64,000 bases of DNA from Kudoa neothunni. Lineage: Eukaryota; Animalia; Cnidaria. The notes under the pieces were generated by a model, which searched no databases, was not told where the DNA came from, and saw only the letters and a program-made list of their open reading frames with translations. Where the stretch lies: contig OZ199840.1 in NCBI GenBank assembly GCA_964304625.1, forward strand, positions 7,169,635 to 7,233,634, written 5' to 3'. Position numbers and translations under genes: made by a program. Shown piece after piece: positions 52,256 to 64,000 of the stretch (positions within the stretch are counted from its first letter, which is position 1; each line of letters starts with the position of its first letter).

Positions 52256-52522
52256 ATCCACTATGTTGTTGCGTGCGCACACACATGTGCCATAAAGTTC
52301 CCTCTTTTTTGGCTGCTATCTATAATCTCTTACCGATCATTCCTACTTCGTTTCTGTTATTTTAAGAAGGTATAAAAGAGATTGAAATAAAAGTTTATTG
52401 TCAAGTAAATGCATTAAATTAATGGGCGTGATTGTGTGAATGGAATTGTGAAACACTGAATTAAATTTGTTATAGGAAAGATTTGTACAGCTATTTAAAA
52501 ATTGGTTGAGTTGAAAGCTGAT
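52256..52522. promoter_or_regulatory. Putative bidirectional promoter between NUP93 and RAD17
   Basis: Head-to-head genes whose inferred ATGs are about 270 bp apart. Confidence 0.55.
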
Positions 52523-55500
52523 ATGGCGGATGAGTTTTATTTGAGAGATATATTTTCTGATCTTTTGGGGGCAGATACGTGCCCAAACAAAAAAGTCGGA
52601 ACTAAAGCAACAAAAAATCCAAAGAAAAGTAAATTTGGCACTAACTGGCAGAATAAATTAATAATAAATTACGTAGAAATAATCAATACAATAAATTTTC
52701 TGGAAAAGAATCAAATCACACAACAATGTTGGACTCGTATTAATAATCCCACTCACCACAAAGTATCATACAATATGATTCTATTTATTTTTACGATAAT
52801 TTTTTGTAATTTGAGCCATTAGGACTGCAATTTTGTTGTTAATATCAGAAAATTTGTTGAATGCCGCAATTTAATCCTCAATAAAGTTTTTTTGTTGATG
52901 TATGGTCAGCCTCATTTTCATGTACAGATTGATACACCATCGGTAATTGTCTTTAATGGTCCATGTGGAAGTGGAAAAAACACAGTTTTGAACCTGATTT
53001 CTCGTGAAGAAAATTTAAATATGATTGATTGTTCGACCCTACCCAATGATGATACTAGTGAGATTGAAATGATATTATTACCTGATTAGGAAATACTTTA
53101 GATTCTTTTGAGATTAGCGAAAATCAGATGTGGCATAAAGAAGAGCCAACTGAATTTTTTGAGAGATTTATCACCGAAAATCTGCTCTTAACAACAACGG
53201 CAGGCTCCGAAAATCCACCATCCAAAAAATCAACTGTTTATACTCTTACTGTATTCAATTTTGGTTTTATCGATTTGCATTGTTGTTGTATAGAATATAC
53301 CACAATTATTCCTAAAAGATTCTTTCGGGTTTATTCAAATTATGAAGTACACACAATTACGTTCTTACTATGGATTTATGTAATTGTTAGGAAAAATATA
53401 GTCTTGCTCAATGCTCCGTTTGTTATTATCTGTAGAAACGCAGCTCAAGATTCTATATTCATAAAACAACTCAACAGCAACCTTCAAAATACAGTCTCTG
53501 TCAACATTGTAAAGTATGTTTATTGTTATGTTTCTTGATAAATATGTCTTTATTCAATTAATTCATGTCTCTTACATTTTTTAGTTTGTATTTGTTTGTA
53601 AATGTTGATCCGCCTTTTTCCCCATAACGGATGTTGTATTGGAGAGTGTTTACTTTTTTGATAGATATTTAAAATAGAATCATATTGTGACCAGTTATAA
53701 ACAAATTTGATTTTGACGTAATCAGAAACTAAACTTATGCAAAAATTAATTCTTACGTGCTAAATTTGAGTAAATTTCAAATTTTTCTTGGATACTAGAA
53801 AATATAAAATTAACAATTGTCACAGTTTTAATTATTTTAATTTTATTTCCTTATTTTTAACTCTTAATACGTCTAAGGTAAGATAAAATACTAGGAGTAA
53901 TCTTCAAATTTTAATAGAGCTAAATGTACCACGAAACTACATTTATAACACATAGAGGGATAAAAATTTGTACATTTTCTTCATTCTAATATGTTGGTTT
54001 TAATTTTTTTAGGGTTTACGGTTTTGGTGTTTAAAATTTTCATTTAACCAAATTCTATAAATATTATAATAATTGTAATCGATAATTTTTATGTATTACG
54101 ATTTTATCAAAGAGAAGGAAAATTAAGACTGGTAATGCAATCTTAATTCTAACTACTTGAACTATAGCAGAAAACAAATATTCTCCTACAGCTTAACACA
54201 GAAGATTGTAATAATAAGTTGAGCGGGTTGTAGGTTGTCTATGACAATGTAATTAATGCAAATAACGTGACGCTAACTCCTATAATGAAGTTCTGACTCA
54301 TGAAAATATTTGGCGTGATCTATTGATCTTCTTTCATTTAAGATGATGAAAATTTTGATTATTCAATGGTAAAAGATTAGGAAAATATTAGAGTTTTTAA
54401 TTAATGTACAATCAACTACATAAATTCAGTAAGAAATAGCAAAAATGTTAAATAAGTGAATGCAGTATCTCGCAAAATTGGTGAAACAAAATGTAATTTT
54501 TGGGTTGTAATAGGCGGAAAATCCATATCTGAAATATATAAAAAGAATCAGCAAATAATGTTGAGACAACTATGATTAGGATTTATCGTGTGGGAATTTT
54601 TACATGATTTTTTCGAGCCTTTTTTTCTCATCACAGAATTAGTTACGTATTTTAAGTATTCTTTAAATTAAGTTCCTTGTTGATATATTACTTTCTAACT
54701 TATTTTATAATGTTTTAACTGTTGAAAAATAAATTTATCTTTTCACTGTTTTCATTTGGCCCTTAACTACACCGGTTTTCCGAGGGGTAATTATTATCAT
54801 TTGGGTTACATCAAGTATACTATACTTTCAGGTTTTTTTAGATTTTCTAATACATTTATTTTGATTTCTAAAATAATTCTAATTTTTTGAATTATCTCAT
54901 CTGTTTCAATACATTAAAATCCGCTGATTAATTTTACCCAACATTATATAAATCAGTTTAATTAGGAAATTAAATGAAATTTCAAACAAATTCTGGGTAC
55001 GCAAATTCCCTAAATATTAATGGTAATTTAGGAGATAATACACATTACTTTGACTAATTCGTTACCAATGGACTGCAAGTTAAAAATCGTAGGGAATGTA
55101 CGATGACTTCTGCGTATTACAAAAGAAGTAAATCAAATAAAAAGTTGCGCTGTTTTTAAGAGTCTTTGATGATTAATTTTTGTAAATGATTATGAATTCT
55201 GGGTTTAAATGTGATAATTAGCTGGGAATAAAATGTACCACGCAGCGAGCTACCGAGCCAGCATAAAAATTTTCAACATTTGCACTTAATTCCCTGGTAG
55301 TTAAAGATTTCTTCAAAAATTTTTCATATTACTATTATCGAATAAATATAGAAATATCTGATTAACATGACCTTGTGATTTCGTGATTTCCACCAGCTTA
55401 AATGTGCCGTATTTCATTTTTTCTGGTGATTAGTTTTAAAAAGAATATATCTGTGAGTTAATGGTCCGCATGCAACTTTAGAAATGATTATATAAAAATT

Positions 55501-58010
55501 ATATATAATTAAATACTAATTATTTTGACGCGTTATGTTCTTTATTATATTAGATAGGTTACATCTGTAAAAGGAAAGGTCCACCGACAGAATTAATTTT
55601 TAACCACTGAAATTAGAGTGCTAGAGGAAATGAAATTTTTCCAATAGTCTTAAAAAATAGGATTCGGCAGTTGATATAATTATAAAGTGTAAGCGTACTA
55701 ATTTTTCGTATCTGCATAATTTCACTTTAATTTTGATCAAATGTATTATCTGAAATGCAAAAAATGTTCTCTCCAACTCGAAGACTCACATGATGGAAAT
55801 ATATTTTGTTTAGAAACATTAAAAGCTAACGTAATCACCTTATAGAGATATAACTTTAGTTTTTAATTTAAGAGATGGCTGAAACGATTCAAATGGTTTA
55901 AAATCTCGTTGGTTTATGAACATTACATTTTTGTTGCTAACTTTAAAGCACGATTAAATATTTCTGATTCTAAATTAATTTAATAATTTTTCTACTTTCT
56001 TGTGTTTTATATGAATAAATTGAATTAAATTTTAGTTTCAAACCAATTACCACCAAAGGTCTTTGTAATTTTTCTAAGTCAATGATGAAGATGTTAGAGG
56101 AGGTATGGTTTATTTGATTGAGATTATGTTTTCAAATTATATTCGATTAAGCCATCGCAATGGATAGACAACGATACAGTAGAAGAGGTTGCCGTTGCAT
56201 CAGGTGGAGACATTCGAAATTTCATCTTGCAATTACAATTTATGTGTATCTTTACGGGATATGCTCGATTTTCTCAGTGAAATTTGGTATAGTTCTTTCT
56301 CAAAAAAGATCTGGCAAACGCAGGAAGTCAGCTTCCTTCGAGGATCAGCTTGGTTAAGTCTAATTGTTTTATCAGATTTTATAAATAAATATATTTAGAA
56401 AAGTTGGGTAGATTTCAATCAAAGGATGACAGATTATCATTGTACCATTGTGTGGGGAAGGTTTTATATTGTAAAAGTAATATTCTCTCACTATTTTTCA
56501 TGTTGAATTCGAATATAATGCCCAACACAACAATATGTGATATTCTAATTGTTTGTATCCTCTAAATATATAAACTTTGTTGTGAATGTTGATACAGTGC
56601 AATATAAACTAACTAGTCTAGTCGTAAAATGTCTTACTAGGTTTAAGGTAGGTCTTGAAAGTTGGGCTCAAATAATGTAGCCCAATTGGAATGGAACATG
56701 TGACGTCCCTTGATTTAATTGTTATTAGTAAATATTATATTGGAATATAGAAAATATACTTTGCATAATTAAAGAAATAAGTTTTCTCTGGTCTAATATG
56801 CTGACTGTATTTTTTCTATTTACTTTCATATGTAAATATTTCTTCCGTAATTCCAAAATCCCTATGGGAATTTTTAACAATGTTAGATTGTTATTTTTTA
56901 ATCACTAGCTTTGTAATTGATAAATAAACTTCACATAAACCCTTTTTATAGTCAAATATAGATTTTTCACCCTTTTACTATTCATTTATTTAAGTTAAAA
57001 ATATTAACTATAAACATTTTAATATTATCCGCCTTTCCAATGACCGTTCCCCACAAATTATACACCAGATACGAAGAATAAACTTTATTAGATTTTTTCT
57101 TTCAACGCAGGGAATTTATTGCTGATACAACATAAAACGTCATTATTGATAGGAATTGTTGATGGCGATGATAGAAATTATCTTCCAACAAAATTTCACT
57201 CCTTATATCGACAATTCTCTGAAGTCAATATCAATGTACCATATGAGTTTTTATATCAACTGGTTGATTCCTTTCTTTAAGGACCTTTTGAACAGGCTTA
57301 CATGTGATTATAAAATTTTTGCAGCCACTCTTTTCGAAAGTATGAACTATTTCTTCGCCGATCTAGATGAACTTGTAAGCACAGAATTGGAACATTCAGT
57401 GAAGAATTAAAAATTTCAATTTATTTAGAAATATGTGTATGACGATATCTGCTTGAGTGATATTTTTTCCACCTATTGGAATGTATGATCATACTTTGGT
57501 ATATTTTTAGTTAAAGATATTGTACTAGGAAAATCCGTCGATTCTAACCACAACACAACACACAGCAATCTTTGTCTTCGTTCAAAGTATACTTTTTTGG
57601 AGAGCACATCTGTTTGCATCAACCAAATACACATTCCGTTCTTTCTCCGTTCCAAATTATCATGCTCAAAATGTGAATATTGCGCCATGATCAATTTGGC
57701 ATTTAATTTTAGAAATACTTTGATTCTAATGAATGCCATATGTTGACTCACAGAAACAATAACTCCTTGGCGATGAACTTTTTTAATAGAAAGAAACTTG
57801 TTTTAGATGGGTTTGAGAAACTTTTGAGCGGTATAAATTTTATTTCAATCATATTTTGTGATTGGTATAATTTCTCTTACTTTAGACAATGGTAAAAACA
57901 CCAATGACATTTATGATGGTCATGCTGCTACTAACGATCAGAACGCGTACTACTCAGATACTGAAAACATCAGCGAATTAGATTCTGATGATTTTCAAAT
58001 GAATTCATAA
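52523..58010 (+). CDS. RAD17: Cell-cycle checkpoint clamp loader RAD17, multi-exon
   Basis: VIVFNGPCGSGKNTVL (P-loop), FKPITTK (cf. FNPVAPT), ASGGDIRNFILQLQF, KDDRLSLYHCVGKVLYCK (cf. KDVSLFLFRALGKILYCK) and an acidic tail ending ELDSDDFQMNS*. One intron of about 2.5 kb (about 53514-56035). Confidence 0.88.
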
Positions 58011-58130
58011 TAAGTCATCTATTATATTTTTATTTCTTAGTGTTTTTTAAATTTGTGGACAATATTTACGCAGCCTTCATATTATTGATCCTCTTAGTCC
58101 AACTCAGTAAAATGTAAGGGGGAATTCTAG

Positions 58131-58303
58131 TGTTAGGGCTTCCAGATGGTTCTAGTTTAACATAGAATACACCGAAAGCTTCTATAACAACCTATCATCG
58201 GCCTAGATGTTTCTAGAACATTCTGGATCCTAAATTCCATATATAAACAGCTTTGTAGATATACATATAGTGATATTAATAACAATGGTGTCTTGTCTTA
58301 ACA
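58131..58303 (+). mobile_element. Solo LTR, 173 bp
   Basis: Termini TGTTAGG...CTTAACA, 5-bp TSD TCTAG (58126-30 and 58304-08), internal TATATAAA box and TTCTAG repeats. Confidence 0.75.
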
Positions 58304-58492
58304 TCTAGCTTGCCACATACTGATCGTTCACTTAATGCGGTGGTTTCAAAAATTAATGTGAATTTTTGAATAATGTATAAAGGTAACGTTTTTCTTTGTA
58401 AAAAGGGGATTTTGTTCTCTTCTCTCTAAACGGAAAAATTTGTGTCAATGATGTCTCGATTTCATTCGATTTTCATTTCTTTTTGTAATGAA

Positions 58493-58566
58493 TGATCGCG
58501 GGCGGAGTTCGAACCCGTGAACCATAGCTTAAAAGGCGGTGGCGCCGTATCGCTATGCTGCTGATC
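58493..58566 (-). pseudogene. Degenerate tRNA-Lys(TTT)-like sequence or head of a second SINE family
   Basis: B box GGTTCGAACTCC, loop CTTTTAA and partial GATC/GATC acceptor stem. The anticodon and D stems are mispaired. Confidence 0.55.
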
Positions 58567-59467
58567 GCGCATATGCTAGATTTTGTTACAACCTTTTAAC
58601 CAACCATTACATTTCCAGGGGAAAAAATGGAAATTTATTAAAAAAATGCGGTTATCGAAAAATTTAACTCCATTTAATTGAATATAAATGAACGCTATGC
58701 AAATTTCAGGAACGCATGCTCCACATTAGAGTTAGCTTCTTGGCTTGATAAACACAAATGTTAAATATAAATAGGTCAATTATGAGATCAAAGATTTAAA
58801 AAAAGTTTAATATTAAATTGGAAATGCAACAAGGTATCGATATAATAGAATTATAAAGTTGTAAGCTAATAATATTATTCAGAATGCCCCAGATGATCAA
58901 GTTGCATGAATTAAAAAAATTAAGATGAACACGATAAAAAATATATATACACTTTGATTTTTGTTTAGGGTTTTTGGCATCGGTTTTACGCACGAATATT
59001 TAAATAGACGAATGAAAACGACAACTAAGCTGATGAGTTTTTTCGTATAAATTAGTTTTACTTGATTCTAATAATCACTCATTTATGAACGAATTATGCT
59101 ATAAACAGGCCATTATTTTCTATTTTGTTGTAGATGAATCTAAATATAGTTATATTTAATTATTGTAGAAATTAAACGATTAGAATGTTCTAATCTATGA
59201 TAAATTGTTTATTTGTAATAAAACTTATGAAACTACAAATAAGTTAAATATATTCCTACTGATTATTTTATTTTTCAATTTTGTGTGGTTAATCAATAAT
59301 TTCTCCGGATGCAAAAACTCGTATTTTTGAAATAATACTCTTTATTCATCCTCGCCAAATATCTACGGATAATCAGTTGTTATACTTGTTTATTGAATGA
59401 GACATAATCTGAGGACGAAATTATTTAGCTCGGTGCAAATTGGCCGAGATCAATTATATGAGCAAAA

Positions 59468-62400
59468 ATGAAACATTTAGTGCTATTAACAATTTTCTCT
59501 TCCTTTTTGTTGATAACCAGGGCGAGTATCTCTTTAAATATCTATATATTATTGGTTAACTTACTCACAATTAAGATATATGTAACAAGATCAAAAATTG
59601 CAGGGAATGTTTAACTCAGCCAGAATGCGGATATTGTCCGGATCTTGTAACACCCTCTTTATTAACGGCTCTTGATCAATTTGGTGTTAGGATTTTAAGG
59701 GCTTTCGATGCGATAACATTGAGAATATTCGAACTAAAGGATGCAAAGCAACTGAATACACTGAGAAAACCGTCACTGCGGTAATTATTGTTTTCGGGCT
59801 GGATTATATTAGCAATTCTTGATCCACGTAAAAGCTATCGGACATTTAATTAGTCAAAATTGTTCTCAATATCATTGCTCAACTGTGCAATCCAACAAAA
59901 TTTCGTATCCATCAATTTAACTAAAATTTTTGGACTTTACAATTTTTATATGACAGGAAAATAAATTCTCCATAACATAATCTAAATAATTATTTAATAG
60001 AAAAATTATAATGACAATTGTGTGTAATTTATGATTTATATCTTGTGTTGTATGTTTTAGTAAGATGAACACACAATTAAAAACTTGAATAATTCTATTT
60101 TAATTTTCCATTTCCACAATCGATTTTGCATTAGCTGGAAAATTATAGAGTTTTTAGAGATGGCAGCCCTAATTTTATCAACCATTCATTAACAGGAAGA
60201 TTTGGCAGAAAACCATAAAAATATTTTTCCAGAGAACGTTAATTTTTTTCAAACTAAATAAAAAAATCGAAATCGTTACAGTCATAGGAAATATTTAAAC
60301 ACAATTATATTGCCAGGGAAATTCTTTCTTTGCGCTAACGCGCACGCGCGATAGCTATCACAAACCAAACCCCTTTAAGTTTGTGATTATTACGCACATA
60401 AAAACGTGAAAATCATTATAAACTTATTTTAGATTTATTTTAAGTATACTTAAGATAATGGTTTTTAACACGAGCTTTGTTTTTACAGTTAAGTAAAAGC
60501 ATAAATCCGGGCAGTATTTGTTGAATCAAAGGCTTCTATTATATTTATTTGTTATAAAACTAATAACTTATGGAGGAATATTGGAAAAATTACTGTTTAT
60601 TTGAAATTATACCGTAATCTTTCGTTATTCTTTGATATATTTTATATATCCCATTAAAAATATTTTACTCTTTTTCTATCAACAAAAAACTTTCCCTGAC
60701 TAAATATAACGGTATTAAAGAGTCTGAAATAAGAATCATATTCTATATACTTATCATTGGGTTCAAAATTTTCAAAGCTAATTATCAAAATATGCAACTA
60801 ATGTAGTATTGTTTAGACAAATATTATATTAATGAATTATCCAACAGAATTAAAGATAATTGAGTTATAGTTTTTTTGTAAAATGTAGAAAACGTAATGA
60901 AAATATATAAACAAGGAATACCACTTTAAAATCGATTATCTCTCAATAATAATCAAAATATTAAATCTCCCTTAATCTGGACAATCAGAAAATATATAAA
61001 CTAAAAATTAGGATCGAATGTCTGAATTACTTCGTATTAATATTAATAAATAAATTCTCATATTGAGTGAGAAAATAATAACACAATTATAAGCTTGACA
61101 AGAATGCATACTCACAAGTGCACCTGAAACTTACCGTTAAAAGATAACTCTATTTTGAAATAGCGGCTATAGTTAAATTTTTTTAAATTAAAAAAAATAA
61201 TAAGATTAAATATAATTGTTTGTATAAAACCATTATTCTTACCTTTACCGATGAACATTAAAGTACTAGACTTGTTTAACCCTTTCGTTTAGTGAAGGAA
61301 TGGGATTTAAGACAATTATGCGCACACAATTATTGGTATAAATCCTGAGTTATCTTTAAAAACCGAATGTATTTATATAATCAATAACAAAAGACATTCG
61401 ATAGGCGCACTATAATAATCTAGTTTGTTATACGATTCGACGGAAATTTAAAATTCACATAATCTATTTTAATATAATTGAGGTAGTTGTCACTAATATT
61501 TACATCTCACATAGACGGAAGAACCTGCTGGAACCAGGAAATCAATCTCTCCTCAAGGGCACACTATCATCACTTCTCCTGGTAAAAATAAATATGTTTT
61601 TGCGGTGTACGTAACAATTATTCTAAATATTTTATAGGGAAAACTGTAAATCTGGAATATAATGTGACAAAATATGACAACTATCCCATGGATCTATTCA
61701 TATTAATGGACCTTTCTCAGTCTATGAGTGATGAACTTAGTATGGTTCAAAAACTATCGCTAAATTTAAGTAAGTATAGTGAATAAATATTTCCTATTAA
61801 AAATGTGTTCGTACTTAATATGAAAATATTGTAGTTAGCCGACTTGATTCAATCACTACGGATATACAAATTGGATTTGCTGGATTTATTGATAAAATAA
61901 GTTTACCTGGTTTTATTCCATCAAACGATTTGTAAATCTAGAACGATTAATTATTATTCACAACTTTTTAGTAAAGCGGACTACAAAAAAAAGGTTTACA
62001 CAGTTCGACTATTTTCTTCCCTTACAAAAGATACCAAAATATTCAAAGTAATCGACTGATAGCTGACAGTATGCGGTATTTAATTTTTAGAATTTGATCT
62101 CAGGTGCGGGAGTTGAAGGAAATGTTGATCATCCTGAGGCTTCATTTGATGCTTTATTACAAATAACAATATGCAAAGAAAAGGTAACACAATTTCTTAG
62201 TTGTTCTGAATTATAATTTTCAAATAAACACAAACTATGTTGCTAAATATCTTCGTATGTGCCAATTATCTTTATTTTCGTATTTTTAATAATAATAAAT
62301 AATGATAATCGAACCATAATTTACTCTAATACACTTTAAGTAACCAAGCAGCACGAAAAACCCTTTTTATTTTTATTTTCAATATTGAACTTAAATTTTT

Positions 62401-64000
62401 TGGTTTCTGATGAAGGCGTCATATTGTTTTTGTAGATAAAATGGAGGGATAATGCAAGAAAAATAGTTTTAGTAATAACTGACGAAATCCCTAAAGTTCC
62501 CGGCCTTGAGAGCGTATTTTTTTGTACATGATTGGGATATATGCTTTTTTGATTGGATTAGTTGGCAAGAATCTTTAATCCAGCTACTGAAACATGCTAT
62601 ATCCAAACGGACAATGTTGCGAATTATGAACAATGGGATGGAAATGATATGAGCTCACCATCAATAAGTTTTCTCAGAGAAATGCTCATTAAATACGAAG
62701 TTATCCCAATATTTGCCATCCAAAGTACCGTTGAAAAATATTATGAAGTAAATTGGTGAGGCATTAAAAGAAAAAAAACTCAATTATGATTAGGTGATAA
62801 AAAAATATTTAATTGACGCTGGCGCCGTCGTTGGTAATTTTCAAAGTTCTGACGAAGACAAATTTTTTCAGTTTGTCCAAGACAAATATGAAGTAACGAA
62901 TCATTAAATGCTGGTCATTTAAGGGAATTTGAATGATTTAGGAACTGACAAGAGATATAAAAATCAGTGTACCACAAAGCCCAAAATATAAGGTCGAAAT
63001 CGTCACTACTTGCAGGTTATTTATTGAAAGTTATTGTGGGGGAATTCATAAAAATCTTATAGCGATGGAAACATTTCAAAAGATAATATCTGTAGAGATT
63101 CTCCTAAAGATAAATCTGTAAAATTTGACGTAAAAATCATTCCTGTAGAGTGTGATTTTAACGAAACGTAACCCAATTAAAATTGAATTCTCAACTAGAT
63201 TATAATGTAGCGTGCAAATAAGCTTTCCGGGTTACGGTAATGCTAACGTTAACATAGAATCAAAATGTGGATGTGCTTGTCAGGCCACCTCGGTACATTA
63301 ATTTGTTTCTTCGCCTGTTACTCTCATGCCAACTAACTAATTGATAATTATTTAGGAAGCTAAGAGCCAAAAATGCTCAAATAAAGGAAGCCTAACATGT
63401 GGTGCATGTGTTTGTGATAATGATAGGTGGGAATCATGCCACGTTTTTTATATCAATTTACTATAAACGTTATTTAGATGGGGACCAACATGTAGCTGCA
63501 ATAAAACTTCAAGTACTATTGACACTTGCAAAGACGAAAATACAGGATTGATTTGTAACAATCAGGGAGAATGTGACTGTGGAAAATGTGAATGCGTAAG
63601 AGCCAAGATATATTCAGCAATTGTTGATAGTTTATCTAGTACACTGGAGCGTATGGAGATAAATGCGAGTGTCGAAACGATGATTGCCCCACATATTTAA
63701 GTGAAATATGTGGTGGAAACGGAGAATGTAAATGTGGCACATGTCAATGCAAACCAAATTATATTGGTGCAAATTGTGGCTCTAAAATCTGTGAAAAGTT
63801 CGTTGATCAGTGCAATAATAAAGATGGAGTATTATCAAAAAATAATGCATATTAACGAATTGATTATCCTTATAGGTGATGTGCAGTAATCAGGGAAGTT
63901 GCCAATGTGGTAAATGCCATTGTGATCACAATCATGTTGGAGAACATTGTGAAATATGTCGAGTACATATCATATCTATGGTGTTATCCTAACGCAAAAC
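59468..64000 (+). CDS. ITGB: Integrin beta subunit (5' part; continues beyond the window)
   Basis: Signal peptide MKHLVLLTIFSSFLLITRA, PSI domain CRECLTQPECGYC, MIDAS YPMDLFILMDLSQSM, GNVDHPE..FDALLQ, WRDNARKIVL..TD and Cys-rich I-EGF repeats (CSNKGSLTCGACVC, CGGNGECKCGTCQC). Confidence 0.95.

Noticed and set aside
59515-59580. Non-canonical GC-AG first intron in the integrin beta gene
   Set aside because: A canonical GT four bases downstream gives the phase needed for the PSI exon.

Overview
AT-rich eukaryotic (animal) genomic DNA with very short spliceosomal introns (mostly about 38-55 nt) and fast-evolving proteins. A reduced parasitic metazoan such as a myxozoan is plausible, but this is inference only. 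Bases 1-12579 are a head-to-tail array of about 125 monomers of 100/101 bp, built as mosaics of two ancestral types and showing nested higher-order duplications. The array ends exactly at the TA target site of a pogo/Tigger (CENP-B-family) transposon. Five host genes follow: PSMC3/Rpt5, plastin/fimbrin, NUP93, RAD17 and an integrin beta that runs off the window end. Between them lies a dense set of mobile elements, many with readable ends and target-site duplications: piggyBac x3, a MULE, Merlin/IS1595-like, hAT x3, pogo x2, Helitron x2, a tRNA-derived SINE x2 and a solo LTR, several of them nested. The most unusual observations are (i) differences between satellite monomer types that follow one reading frame, with a small ORF behind an acceptor-like AG in each monomer, (ii) a RAD17 with degenerate Walker A and B motifs, and (iii) a SINE whose hairpin shows a compensatory base change between copies. 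Single-base homopolymer indels occur even in the essential PSMC3 gene, so frameshift-based pseudogene calls are tentative. All family assignments come from motif recognition, not database searches.
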